From NCBI GenBank assembly GCA_040289515.1, contig PSLI01000003.1, forward strand, positions 21,224-85,223: a stretch of DNA of 64,000 bases. The letters are read 5' to 3'. This document shows positions 53,588 through 63,527 of this stretch, piece after piece. The DNA is from Candidatus Sysuimicrobiota bacterium. GTDB lineage: Bacteria; Sysuimicrobiota; Sysuimicrobiia; Sysuimicrobiales; Sysuimicrobiaceae. Positions within the stretch are counted from its first letter, which is position 1, and each line of letters opens with the position of its first letter. A model generated the notes under the pieces. It made no database searches, was not told where the DNA came from, and saw only the letters and a list, made by a program, of their open reading frames with translations. A program made the position numbers and the translations under genes.

Positions 53588-55282
53588 GTGCTGCGCGAGC
53601 TGCACGTACGCGACTTCGCCCTGCTGGAGGACGTTCGGGTGGAGTTCGCCCCGGGGCTCAACGTTCTCACGGGGGAAACAGGGGCGGGCAAGTCCATGCT
53701 GGTGGATGCTCTGAGCGCCGTGCTGGGGCAGCGCACGCCTACGGACGTGGTGCGAGCGGGTGCCAGCTGCGCGCGCGTGACGGCGGTGTTCGAGGCCCGG
53801 GGCCTTGCGCAGGCGCGTGCGACGGTGGAGGAGTTGGGCCTGCCGTGGGAGGACGGCACCCTGGTGTTGGTACGTGAGATCGGCGGCCGGGCCCGCGCGT
53901 ACGTGAACGGCGAGCCCGCCACCGTGGGTGTACTCCGGAGGCTGGGCACGGTGCTGGCGGAGATCCACGGCCAGCACGAGGGGCAGCGGCTCCTGGAGCC
54001 GGCCACGCACCGGGAGCTGCTGGACGCCTTCGGCGGTGAGGAGATCCTCCGTCGGCGCGCGGAGGTGACGGAGCTGTACCGATGCTGGCGCGCCCTCCGG
54101 GAGGAGGTGCGGGCCCTGGACATGAGCGAGCGGGAGCGGGCGCAGCGGGTGGACCTGTTGCGCTTTCAGGTCTCTGAGATCGACGCGGTGCGCCCGCAGC
54201 CGGGAGAGCTGGAGGTGCTGGGGGCGCTGCGGATGCGCCTGTTGAACGCCGAGCGGCTACAGGAGGCCTTGGCCGCGGCCTACGGCCATCTGTACGGAGA
54301 GGAGGGGGCCGCGGCAGACCGGGTGGGCCGTGCGGTGAGCTTACTCCGGCAGGCCGCGGTGTGGGATGCTGCCCTGCAGCCGGGGGTGGAGGCCCTGGAG
54401 GGGGTCGCCTTTCAGCTGGGGGAGCTGGCGCGGGAGGTGCGCGCGGCCGCAGAACGCGCGGACAGGGACCCCGCGCGGCTGGAGGAGGTGGAGGGGAGGC
54501 TGGCCGCGCTGCGGTCCCTGCTGCGCAAGTACGGGGACACCGTGGAGGCGGTGCTGGAGTACCGCAGCCGGGCCGCCCGGGAGCTACAGGCACTGGAGAA
54601 CGCCGACAGCCGCCGGGCGGAGCTGGAGCGGGAGCTTGAGCGGGTGGTAGACAACCTCGCCTCCGCTGCAGGGGAACTGTCCCGGGCTCGGGCGGCTGCC
54701 GCTCGGCGGCTGGAGAAGGCGGTGCTGCGGCACCTCCGGGACCTCGCCATGCCCTCCGCCACCTTCCGGGTGCAGCTGGAGGTGGAGGAAGACCCGGACG
54801 GGTTACCGGTGGGGACCAGACGCCTAGCGGCCGGACCCTGGGGCGTAGACCGCGTGGAGTTCTTCCTGTCTGCGAACCCCGGAGAGCCAGCCAGGCCGCT
54901 GCAGCGGGTGGCTTCCGGCGGGGAGCTGTCGCGGGTGATGCTGGCCCTGCGGACGGTGCTGGCTAAGGCGGATCCGCCCGCCGTGATGGTATTCGACGAG
55001 GTAGATTCGGGGGTTGGCGGCCGTACCGGGCACGTGATCGGGTCCAAGCTTCGGGACCTGGCGCAGTGCTGTCAGGTGCTGTGCGTGACCCACCTCCCGC
55101 AGATCGCAGCGGTGGCTCACCGCCACCTGGTCATTCAGAAGGTGGCCGAACACGGCCGCACCCGGACCCTGGTACAGGCCCTGGACTCAGAATCCCGCGT
55201 GGAGGAGATCGCGCGGATGCTGTCAGGCCCGGCGCCCACCGAAACAGCCCGCCGCCACGCCCGAGAGCTGCTGGGTTGGTAG
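53588..55282 (+). CDS. recN: DNA repair protein RecN
   Basis: TGETGAGKS, ASGGELSR, FDEVD, VTHLPQIA. Confidence 0.97.
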   Translation: MLRELHVRDFALLEDVRVEFAPGLNVLTGETGAGKSMLVDALSAVLGQRTPTDVVRAGASCARVTAVFEARGLAQARATVEELGLPWEDGTLVLVREIGGRARAYVNGEPATVGVLRRLGTVLAEIHGQHEGQRLLEPATHRELLDAFGGEEILRRRAEVTELYRCWRALREEVRALDMSERERAQRVDLLRFQVSEIDAVRPQPGELEVLGALRMRLLNAERLQEALAAAYGHLYGEEGAAADRVGRAVSLLRQAAVWDAALQPGVEALEGVAFQLGELAREVRAAAERADRDPARLEEVEGRLAALRSLLRKYGDTVEAVLEYRSRAARELQALENADSRRAELERELERVVDNLASAAGELSRARAAAARRLEKAVLRHLRDLAMPSATFRVQLEVEEDPDGLPVGTRRLAAGPWGVDRVEFFLSANPGEPARPLQRVASGGELSRVMLALRTVLAKADPPAVMVFDEVDSGVGGRTGHVIGSKLRDLAQCCQVLCVTHLPQIAAVAHRHLVIQKVAEHGRTRTLVQALDSESRVEEIARMLSGPAPTETARRHARELLGW

Positions 55283-55340
55283 CCGGCCGGGAAGGCCAAG
55301 GCCGTGGTGACGACGCATCCGGGGCCCCGCCGCAGGCCCT

Positions 55341-56189
55341 TCACGGCCTGGCAAGGGGCCCTTCGACGGTCCACGGCAGAGGATCCACCAACACCCCGTT
55401 CACCCAAACGCCCCAGTGCAGGTGGGGCGCCGTGCTGAGCCCCGTGGACCCTACTGCGCCCACCACTTGGCCTGCACGCACCGGCTGCCCGACCCGCACG
55501 GCCACGGACTCCAGGTGGAGGTACGAAGTGAACACCCCTGCCCCGTGGTCCACCAACACCGTGTTGCCCCCGAGGGGCAGCCGTTCTGCCAGGACCGTCA
55601 CGCCGTGCTGGGCGGCGCGCACCGGTGTTCCTCTCGCAGCCTGCAGGTCCAGCCCCAGGTGGCGGCCCCACGGCACGCCGTTGTACACGCTGCGCACCCC
55701 GTAGGCGGAGACCACTCGGCCGGGGACCGGGAGCCGAAAGGCTCCGTCCCACACGGGCTGGCCCAGCGGCGCGGCCATGGCCTGCCGCACGCGCCGCCTC
55801 TCGTACGCGGCCAGCTGCGGATCCAGCATCTTCGGCGGGACCCGCAGGTACCGGACGCCGAACCGACCCAGCCTCACCCGCACCGGGTACTGCAGGTGCA
55901 CCTTGCGGCCTGCAAGCCCCACCTGCACCCGCACCAGCGCGTGGCCGGGCGGGGTGTTCGGGCCGGTGCCCGCAAACCCCCGGTACCCACCGGGGATGCG
56001 GTACAGGATGACGGGACGTCCGCCAAACACTGCCCGCGCTCCCCGGACCGCCCCCGAAACCCAGACGTCCACCCGAACGCTCCCTCCCTGGCTCACCTCC
56101 TCCGGCGTGATTTGCCAGCGCACGGGCCGGGCTTTTTGCGCTGCAACCGGCAGTAGCGCCGCACACAACAGCCACAGGACCGCCCTCAC
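55341..56189 (-). CDS. M23 family metallopeptidase (secreted)
   Basis: HLGLD, YLHL, STGLSTAPHLHW; signal peptide. Confidence 0.93.
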   Translation of the reverse strand: MRAVLWLLCAALLPVAAQKARPVRWQITPEEVSQGGSVRVDVWVSGAVRGARAVFGGRPVILYRIPGGYRGFAGTGPNTPPGHALVRVQVGLAGRKVHLQYPVRVRLGRFGVRYLRVPPKMLDPQLAAYERRRVRQAMAAPLGQPVWDGAFRLPVPGRVVSAYGVRSVYNGVPWGRHLGLDLQAARGTPVRAAQHGVTVLAERLPLGGNTVLVDHGAGVFTSYLHLESVAVRVGQPVRAGQVVGAVGSTGLSTAPHLHWGVWVNGVLVDPLPWTVEGPLARP

Positions 56190-56208
56190 CTGAATGCCTC
56201 CGGTGTGA

Positions 56209-57141
56209 GTGTGTCACCTCCCGCAGCTCACCCAGCCGGAATTATGGCAACATGGAAGCCGGTTGCCCGTGCTCGGAGAGCTGTTCGCGTTGCTGGCGGC
56301 AGTAGCCTTCGCCCTTGCCACGGTCCTGTCACGCCGGTTCATGGTGGGGAAGAACCCCGTGACCCCCGAGGCTGGAGTGCTGGTCAGCATCGTGACCAAC
56401 GTGGTGGCCTTCGGCCTGCTGGCCTGGCTGGAGCGCGCGGGCAGCGGTGGTGCGCCCCTTTCGCCCCGGTCGCTTGCGTACTTCGTGCTGGGCGGGCTGT
56501 GCGGTACCCTGGCGGGCCGGAACCTGTCCTACCAGAGCGTGCTACGGATCGGGGCGGCCCGCTCCACCGCGGTGCGGCTGTCCAACACGCTGTTCGCCGC
56601 CCTCATCGGGATGGTGCTGCTGCGGGAGCTGCCGCGCCCGGGGCAGCTGCTGGGCGCCGGTCTGATTACGGGAGGTTTATGGTTGGTGGTGCGGGAGCGT
56701 GGGGACGGCGGTCGGCCGGACCCAGCGGGCGTGCTGCTGGCCGTGGGCGGGGCGGTTGGGTTCGCTTTGGGGGACAGCTTCCGGCGGGCGGGCCTGCAGA
56801 TCACCCCCTCGCCCTTTCTGGGCGCCTGGATTGGCGCGTGCACCGCCCTGGTGGCCCACAGCATCTGGTTGAAGATGCGCCGGGGGAGGGCGTCCTCCTG
56901 CTCCCCGTGGCGGGCGGACGTGCTGGCCAGCGCTCTGGCCAACACCGCGGCCATTTTGCTTCTGTTTTTGGGGCTGCAACGCAGTCCCGTGGCCAACGTG
57001 GCGGTGCTGTACAACCTGCAGGTGCTGCTGGTCATCGTCCTGAGCCGCTGGATGTTGCGCGGTGACGAGGGGATCGGGCCTGGCCTGGTGGTGGGAGGCG
57101 TGCTGTGCGTGGCGGGCACCGCTGGGGTCCTGTTCGGCTGA
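56209..57141 (+). CDS. EamA/DMT family transporter
   Basis: Two EamA repeats with about 10 TM segments; start may be GTG 56268. Confidence 0.88.
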   Translation: MCHLPQLTQPELWQHGSRLPVLGELFALLAAVAFALATVLSRRFMVGKNPVTPEAGVLVSIVTNVVAFGLLAWLERAGSGGAPLSPRSLAYFVLGGLCGTLAGRNLSYQSVLRIGAARSTAVRLSNTLFAALIGMVLLRELPRPGQLLGAGLITGGLWLVVRERGDGGRPDPAGVLLAVGGAVGFALGDSFRRAGLQITPSPFLGAWIGACTALVAHSIWLKMRRGRASSCSPWRADVLASALANTAAILLLFLGLQRSPVANVAVLYNLQVLLVIVLSRWMLRGDEGIGPGLVVGGVLCVAGTAGVLFG

Positions 57142-57186
57142 AATGTTGCAAGCCCGTGAAGCAGCTGCGGTACGCTACAGGTTAAC

Positions 57187-58716
57187 ATGGCCCGGCTGGT
57201 GTGGGGCGGGGTGTTGGGGTGGCTGGCCTTCGGGGCCTGGATGCTGGGGCCGTACCCGGTGGGGCTTCCCCTGTGGTTGCGGCTGCTGCTGGAGGTGCGC
57301 CCTCCGGTGGAGCTGCTGGGCGAACGGGCCTTCCGAGCCCTACCCCCGGAAGCGTTCGGGCTACTGGTGAACCTCCTGGAGGCTGCAGGACGCCGCTACC
57401 TGGGGGTGACGCACCTGGCTAAGCATCTGACGCTGGGGGCGGCCAACCTGGCGGTGTTCGTCCTCGGAGTGGCAGGAGCGGTGGTGTGGCGGCACCTGGC
57501 GCCACAGGGGAAGTTCGTGACCCGCTGGCTGGTGGCTTCCGGCCTCACGTGGCTGGCATGGGCTGCGGTACTACTGCCCACCCTCGGCGGGGGGTGGCTG
57601 GGTTCCCGGCTAGGCCCCGTCTCCCACGTGGCAGCCCTGCTGGCGCTTGCCAGCTTGGTGTACGGGGCTGGGCTGGCGTGGAACCCCGCGTCGCCGAGGA
57701 CCCAAGGGGGCCGTCTCACCCGGCGGCAGGCCCTGGTCCGCGGCGCCCGGCTGCTGCTGGCAGCGCTGGCCGCCTCTGCGCTGGTTACCTGGCTGGAGCG
57801 GGCTTCCGCCTGGGCGCAATCGCTGTTTGACCGGATCCGGGGGCTCCCTCCGGAGGTCACTTCCAACCGCGAGTTCTACACCGTGAGCAAGAACTTCTTT
57901 GACCCCGAGGTGGACGCGCGCAGGTGGCGCCTGGAGGTGGTCGGGCTGGTGGAACGGCCCCTGCGGCTCAGCCTGGAGGACCTCCAGGCCCTGCCCGGCT
58001 ACACCCGGCCGCACACCTTCGAGTGCATCAGTAACCCCGTGGGCGGGGACCTCATCGGCAACGCGATGTGGAGGGGCGTGCGGTTCCGCGACCTGCTGGA
58101 GCGGGCACGCCCCAGGCCGCAGGCGCGCAAGGTGGTGTTCCGGTGCGCGGACGGCTACCACACGGCCCTGCCCCTGGAGGACGTGATGCACCCGGACAGC
58201 TTCCTGGCGTACGAGATGAACGGCGAGGCGCTCCCCAAGGCGCACGGGTTCCCGGTACGGGCGGTGATCCCGGGCGTGTACGGCATGAAGAACCCCAAGT
58301 GGATCACCCGCATCGAGCTGACGGATCGGGACCACCTAGGCTACTGGGAGTCGCAGGGGTGGAGCGACGAGGCGGTGGTGAAGACCACCTCCAAGTTCAC
58401 CACCCCGGCGGACGGTGCCACTCTCCCAGCGGGGGGGCTGGCGGTGGGCGGCGTGGCGTACGCGGGCGACCGGGGGATCTCCGCGGTAGAGGTGAGCTTC
58501 GACGACGGCCGTACCTGGCAGCGCGCCCACTTGAAGCCGGCCATGGGTCAACACACGTGGGTCCTGTGGGCGCTGGTGTGGCAGGCGCGGCCGGGCACCT
58601 ACGTTCTGAAGGTGCGGGCGCGGGACGGGGTCGGGACCCTGCAGGATGGCCGCCCGCGCCCGCCCCTGCCGGAGGGGGCTACGGGATACCACACCATCCG
58701 GGTCACGGTCCGCTGA
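57187..58716 (+). CDS. Membrane-anchored sulfite-oxidase-family molybdopterin oxidoreductase
   Basis: N-terminal TMs, LTRRQAL twin-Arg, ECISNPVGG Mo-Cys, HGFPVR..PGVYGMKNPKW and dimerisation domain. Confidence 0.92.
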   Translation: MARLVWGGVLGWLAFGAWMLGPYPVGLPLWLRLLLEVRPPVELLGERAFRALPPEAFGLLVNLLEAAGRRYLGVTHLAKHLTLGAANLAVFVLGVAGAVVWRHLAPQGKFVTRWLVASGLTWLAWAAVLLPTLGGGWLGSRLGPVSHVAALLALASLVYGAGLAWNPASPRTQGGRLTRRQALVRGARLLLAALAASALVTWLERASAWAQSLFDRIRGLPPEVTSNREFYTVSKNFFDPEVDARRWRLEVVGLVERPLRLSLEDLQALPGYTRPHTFECISNPVGGDLIGNAMWRGVRFRDLLERARPRPQARKVVFRCADGYHTALPLEDVMHPDSFLAYEMNGEALPKAHGFPVRAVIPGVYGMKNPKWITRIELTDRDHLGYWESQGWSDEAVVKTTSKFTTPADGATLPAGGLAVGGVAYAGDRGISAVEVSFDDGRTWQRAHLKPAMGQHTWVLWALVWQARPGTYVLKVRARDGVGTLQDGRPRPPLPEGATGYHTIRVTVR

Positions 58717-58765
58717 CGCCAGGCCGGGTCGTTTTAGGGGTCTTGCGCATCCACCCTAAAATAAG

Positions 58766-58778
58766 AATGAGTCTCATT
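58766..58778 (+). promoter_or_regulatory. Fur-box-like palindrome just upstream of the Fur/PerR gene
   Basis: Perfect 6-1-6 inverted repeat AATGAG-T-CTCATT, next to a TAAAAT -10-like box (58757-58762). Confidence 0.6.
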
Positions 58779-58781
58779 GCA

Positions 58782-59159
58782 ATGAGGATGACCAGGCAGC
58801 GGCAGCAGATTCTGGCCGTGCTGGCAGCCAGCAGGACGCACCCCAGCGCGGAGGAGGTGCTGGCGCAGGTGCGCAGGGTGCTCCCGAGGGTGAGCCTGGG
58901 ATCCGTGTACCGCAACCTGCGCCTGCTGAAGGAGGCGGGGCTGGTGCGGGAGATCGTCACCGGGGATGGCCGCCGGTACGACGCGGTGACCGCACCCCAC
59001 CCGCACTTCGTGTGCGACCGCTGCAGCCGAGTGTACGACCTGCCGGAGGGCCTGCCCGCGGACCTGCTGCAACAGGTGCTCCCTGTAGGGTTCGCGGTCA
59101 GCCAGATCTACCTGGAACTGAGAGGGACATGCCCAGAATGCGGAAAGCTGGCCTCGTGA
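58782..59159 (+). CDS. Fur family transcriptional regulator (PerR-like)
   Basis: RMTRQR, HPSAEEV, SVYRNL, RYD, HPHFVCDRC, CPEC. Confidence 0.94.
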   Translation: MRMTRQRQQILAVLAASRTHPSAEEVLAQVRRVLPRVSLGSVYRNLRLLKEAGLVREIVTGDGRRYDAVTAPHPHFVCDRCSRVYDLPEGLPADLLQQVLPVGFAVSQIYLELRGTCPECGKLAS

Positions 59160-59539
59160 ACTCCTCCAGGACCGAGGACTACCTCCGGGCGGTGCTGCAC
59201 CTGCGCGCCCAGGGACGCGTTACCCTCACAGTCCTGGCCCGCCGCCTCGGGGTGTCCGTGGCGTCTGCACACGAGATGGTCGCGCGCCTGCAGCAGGCAG
59301 GGCTGGTCACGTACTCGCGGGCGGAGGGGGTGCAGCTGACCCCCGAGGGTAGCCGGGTGGCCTTTGGGAAGGAGCGGCGCTACCGCCTGTGCCAGCGTTT
59401 TCTGCAGGACGTCCTGGGCCTGGACCCGCAGACCGCAGAGCGCGAGGCGGTGCGGTTCGAGCAGGGGATGACGCAGGTGGTGGAGCAGCAGATCATCCGG
59501 CTGTTCGCCCACGCCCGGGCTTCGGGGGCCGGCGGGTGA
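59156..59539 (+). CDS. DtxR/MntR family regulator with degenerate metal site
   Basis: TEDYLRAV, LARRLGVSVASAHEMVARL, LTPEG; GTGA overlap with the Fur gene. Confidence 0.88.
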   Translation: MNSSRTEDYLRAVLHLRAQGRVTLTVLARRLGVSVASAHEMVARLQQAGLVTYSRAEGVQLTPEGSRVAFGKERRYRLCQRFLQDVLGLDPQTAEREAVRFEQGMTQVVEQQIIRLFAHARASGAGG

Positions 59540-59974
59540 GGCGGTTTCTGTCCTACGAGGAGGCCACCGCGCAGTTGCCTGTGGTGCGGGAAGCGGTCCT
59601 GGAGCTGCGACAGCTGCGGGAGCGACTGCGGGCCGTGCGCGCGGCCCTCCAGGCGGAGCCGGGGCTTTCACGGGCCAGCCTGGAACAAGATCCCCAAGGG
59701 ATCCTGCACAGCATGTCCGAGGTGGTCCGGCGCATCGAACAGGCGGGCGGCCAGTTCAAGGATCTGGATCTGGGGCTGGTGGACTTCCTCACCCTGCGGG
59801 GCGGGCAGCCCGTATACTACTGCTGGCGGCTCGGCGAGCCGCAGATTCAGTACTGGCACGGCCTGGAGGAGGGATTCGCAGGCCGCAAGCCCCATCGATC
59901 CGGAAGGCTGGACAGGAGAGCCCTGTCACCTGAGCGCACCGGGTGGTCTAGCTGGCCCCGCGACCCGGCTGTGA
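59536..59974 (+). CDS. DUF2203 family protein (probable frameshift near C-terminus)
   Basis: KDLDLGLVDF, YYCWRLGEPQIQYWH, GFAGRKP; removing one C at 59890-59893 restores GRKPI and a stop at 59972-59974. Confidence 0.8.
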
Positions 59975-60040
59975 GCCCGGGCGCGGGGCCAGCTGGTGTC
60001 GTACGGGGAAAGATCTGCCCGGCACGACCAGGAGGACACG

Positions 60041-61441
60041 ATGCAGGGGATCTACGACCTCGTGGTGATTGGAGCGGGCCCGGGCGGCTACGTGGGGGCC
60101 ATCCGCGCCGCGCAGCTGGGCATGCGCACCGCCGTCGTGGAACGGGACAAGCTGGGGGGCACGTGCCTGCACTACGGCTGCATCCCCACCAAGGCCCTGC
60201 TGCACGTGGCAGAGGTGGTGGAGCTGGCGCGTAACGCCGGCCAGGTGGGGGTGCGGGTCGAGTCCGTGTCCGTGGACTTCGCGGCGGTGCACCGCTATCG
60301 GGAGCGCACCGTGAACACCCTGTACCGCGGGGTGGAGTACCTCATGCGCAAGAACCGCGTGGCCACCTTCGCGGGGACCGCGCGCCTTCTGGGCCGCGAC
60401 CGGGTGCACGTGAGCCTGAACGACGGGTCGGAAACGGAGCTGCAGACGCGCCGCGTCCTGGTGGCTACCGGTTCCCGACCCCGCGGCTTGCCCAACCTCA
60501 CCCTGGACGGCGAGCGGATCCTCAGCAGCGACCACCTGGTGTCGTTGCAGGAGCACCCCGCCAGGCTCGCGGTGCTGGGTGCGGGGGTCATCGGGGTGGA
60601 GTTCGCCAGCGCCTTCGCCAGCCTGGGAAGCCAGGTAACCGTGATCGAAATCCTGCCCCGGGTGCTGCCTGCGGAGGACGAGGAGGTGAGCGCGGCACTG
60701 GAGAAGGCCTTCGCCCGCCGGGGCATCCGGGTCCTCACCTCGGCCACCCTGAAGGCTGTGGAGCGTACCCCTGGCGGGCTGCGCCTGTCCGTGGAACAGG
60801 CGGGGAAGACGGAGGAGGTGGAGGCGGACCGGCTGCTCGTGGCCATCGGCCGCGGCCCCTTCACGGACGGGCTGGGCCTGCAGGAGGTGGGGGTGGAGCT
60901 GGACGGGCAGGGGTTCGTGCGCACGGAAGGCCCGTACCGCACCACCGCACCCGGTATTTGGGCCATCGGGGACGTGATCCACGCGCAGCCCATGCTGGCC
61001 CACGTGGCCGCCGAGGAGGCTGTGCGGGCGGTGGAGGACATGGCCGGCCAGGCCAGCGCGCCTCTGGATTACGACGCGGTCCCCCGCTGCACGTACTGCA
61101 TCCCCGAGGTGGCGTCCTTCGGCCTCACGGAGACCCAGGCCAGGGAACGGGGCTACGAGGTAAAGGTGGGCCGCTTCCCCTTCTCCGCCAACAGCAAGGC
61201 CCTTATCCTGGGTGAGCGGGAGGGGTTTGTGAAGGTGGTCACGGACGCCAGACACGGTGAGATCCTGGGGATGCACCTGGTGGGACCTCGGGTCACCGAA
61301 CTGTTGCCGGAGGGGATCCTGGGGAAGAGCGTCGAAGCAACCATCCACGAGCTGGCAGCGGCGGTCCATGCCCACCCTACCCTGACGGAGGCGGTGCACG
61401 AGGCCGCTCTGGACGCCCTGGGACGGGTGGTGCACGTGTGA
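60041..61441 (+). CDS. lpdA: Dihydrolipoamide dehydrogenase
   Basis: GAGPGGY, GGTCLHYGCIPTK, HAHPTLTE. Confidence 0.97.
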   Translation: MQGIYDLVVIGAGPGGYVGAIRAAQLGMRTAVVERDKLGGTCLHYGCIPTKALLHVAEVVELARNAGQVGVRVESVSVDFAAVHRYRERTVNTLYRGVEYLMRKNRVATFAGTARLLGRDRVHVSLNDGSETELQTRRVLVATGSRPRGLPNLTLDGERILSSDHLVSLQEHPARLAVLGAGVIGVEFASAFASLGSQVTVIEILPRVLPAEDEEVSAALEKAFARRGIRVLTSATLKAVERTPGGLRLSVEQAGKTEEVEADRLLVAIGRGPFTDGLGLQEVGVELDGQGFVRTEGPYRTTAPGIWAIGDVIHAQPMLAHVAAEEAVRAVEDMAGQASAPLDYDAVPRCTYCIPEVASFGLTETQARERGYEVKVGRFPFSANSKALILGEREGFVKVVTDARHGEILGMHLVGPRVTELLPEGILGKSVEATIHELAAAVHAHPTLTEAVHEAALDALGRVVHV

Positions 61442-61460
61442 GGCCGGGGGAGGGTCGAGC

Positions 61461-62525
61461 ATGAGCGCGAGGGAAGTGCGGGCGCAGGTCCGGCACGTGG
61501 AGCTGGGGCTTTCGGACGAAGACGTCCTGCGGATGTATTACTACATGGTGCTGGCCCGGAGCCTGGACGAGCGCATGTGGCAGCTGCAGCGGGCGGGCAA
61601 GGCCATGTTCGTCATCTCCGGGCCGGGCCACGAGGGGGCCCAGGTCGCCATGACGTGGCCCCTGGACCGGGAGCGGGATTGGTTCGTGCCGTACTACCGC
61701 TCCGTGGCCGCGGTGCTGGTGAAGGGGATGACCCCCACGGAGATCCTGCTGGCGGTGCTGGCGAAGGCCACGGATCCCAGCAGCGGCGGGCGCCAGATGC
61801 CCGGCCACTACGCTCACCCCAAGTACCGCATTCTTTCCACCAGCAGCCCTGTGGGCACCCAGTACCCGCACGCCGCGGGCCTCGCGTACGCGGCGAAGGT
61901 CCGCAGGACGGGGGAGGTGGTGCTGGTCACCATCGGAGACGGCGGCACCAGCCAGGGAGACTGGCACGAGGCGCTGAACTTCGCGGCCATCCACAAGGTG
62001 CCGTGTCTGTTCGCGGTGGAGAACAACCGGTACGCCATCTCCGTGCCCCTGCACAAGCAGATGTCGGTTCCCAGCGTGGCCCTGCGGGCGCAGGGCTACG
62101 GCATGCCGGGCGTGAGCGTGGATGGCTCCGACGTGCTGGAGTGCTACCGGGTTGCCAAGGAGGCCTACGACCGCGCGAAGCGGGGCGAGGGGCCTACCCT
62201 GCTGGAGTTCCGGGTGGAGCGGCTGGGGTCCCACAGCAGCGACGATCAGCAGGAGCGCTACCGGCCCAAGGAAGAGATCGAAGCGGCGCGGCAGCGGGAC
62301 CCGCTGCCCAACTTGCGCCGCTACCTGGAGTCGGTAGGGTTGTGGGACGACGAGCAGGAGCGTGCCCTGCGGGAGCGGGTGCGGAACGAGGTGGACGCGG
62401 CCACGGACGAGGCGGAGCGGGCCCCGGACCCCGACCCCGCCACCGCCGCCCGCCACGTGTACTACGACCCGGACCCGCACAACCCCGTTGACCCGGTGTG
62501 GTGGACGGGCGGGGCCATTGCCTGA
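61461..62525 (+). CDS. 2-oxoacid dehydrogenase E1 alpha (branched-chain type likely)
   Basis: PYYR, SGGRQMPGH, GDGGTSQGD...NN TPP motif, HSSDD. Confidence 0.94.
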   Translation: MSAREVRAQVRHVELGLSDEDVLRMYYYMVLARSLDERMWQLQRAGKAMFVISGPGHEGAQVAMTWPLDRERDWFVPYYRSVAAVLVKGMTPTEILLAVLAKATDPSSGGRQMPGHYAHPKYRILSTSSPVGTQYPHAAGLAYAAKVRRTGEVVLVTIGDGGTSQGDWHEALNFAAIHKVPCLFAVENNRYAISVPLHKQMSVPSVALRAQGYGMPGVSVDGSDVLECYRVAKEAYDRAKRGEGPTLLEFRVERLGSHSSDDQQERYRPKEEIEAARQRDPLPNLRRYLESVGLWDDEQERALRERVRNEVDAATDEAERAPDPDPATAARHVYYDPDPHNPVDPVWWTGGAIA

Positions 62526-62536
62526 AGGAGGGCCGC

Positions 62537-63520
62537 ATGCCGGAGCTGCGCTACGTGGACGCGCTGAACCGGGCCCACCACGAGGAGATGGAGGGGGACG
62601 AGCGGGTGGTGGTGCTGGGAGAGGACGTGGGCCGCAAGGGTGGCGTGTTCGGGGTCACCCAGGGGTTGTACGAGCGCTTCGGGGAAGACCGGGTCATCGA
62701 CACGCCCCTGGCGGAGTCCTCCATCGTGGGGTGTGCCATCGGCATGGCCTGCAACGGTCTGGTGCCCATCGCGGAGATCCAGTTCGCGGACTTCATCCAC
62801 CCCGCCTTCGACCAGATCGTGAGCGAGGCGGCCCGCATGCGGTACCGGTCCAACGGGGCCTTCGAGGTGCCCCTGGTCATCCGCGTCCCCTACGGGGGTG
62901 CCCACGGGACAGCCCTGTACCACTCGCAGTGCGTGGAGGCCTTCTACGCGCACGTGCCGGGGCTTAAGGTGGTGGCCCCCAGCACCCCGTACGACGCCAA
63001 GGGGATGCTCAAGGCTGCGGTGCGGGACCCGGACCCCGTGCTGTTTTTGGAGCACAAGCGCATGTACCGCTTGATACGGGGCGAGGTGCCTGTGGAGGAC
63101 TACACGGTCCCCCTGGGGCCCGCGGCGGTGCGCCGGCAGGGAAAGGACCTGTCCCTGTTCACGTACGGGTGGACCCTGCACGAGGCCCTGCAGGCCGCAG
63201 AGGCGGCCGCCCGGGAGGGCATCGAGGTGGAGGTGGTGGACGTCCGGTGCCTGAGGCCCTTGGACAGGGACACCATCCTGCGCAGCGTGGCCAAGACCAA
63301 CAAGGCCCTGGTGGTGTACGAGGACAACCGGTTCGGCGGGTTCGGAGCGGAGATCGCCGCCCTCATCGCGGAGGAAGCCTTCGAGGACCTTGACGGGCCC
63401 GTGATGCGCCTGGGGGGGCCGGATGTGCCCGGCATCCCCTTCGCGCGGCCCCTGGAACAGTGGTACTGGGTCAACCAGGAGAAGATCCTGGCCGCGGTAC
63501 GCAGGCTGGCTCACTACTGA
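62537..63520 (+). CDS. 2-oxoacid dehydrogenase E1 beta
   Basis: GEDVGRKGGVF, DTPLAE, EIQFADF, YHSQ. Confidence 0.95.
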   Translation: MPELRYVDALNRAHHEEMEGDERVVVLGEDVGRKGGVFGVTQGLYERFGEDRVIDTPLAESSIVGCAIGMACNGLVPIAEIQFADFIHPAFDQIVSEAARMRYRSNGAFEVPLVIRVPYGGAHGTALYHSQCVEAFYAHVPGLKVVAPSTPYDAKGMLKAAVRDPDPVLFLEHKRMYRLIRGEVPVEDYTVPLGPAAVRRQGKDLSLFTYGWTLHEALQAAEAAAREGIEVEVVDVRCLRPLDRDTILRSVAKTNKALVVYEDNRFGGFGAEIAALIAEEAFEDLDGPVMRLGGPDVPGIPFARPLEQWYWVNQEKILAAVRRLAHY

Positions 63521-63527
63521 GGTGCGC

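Noticed and set aside
50101..55282. Absence of xseAB, dxs and argR from the nusB-recN cluster
   Set aside because: These genes are often relocated; uninformative without the rest of the genome.
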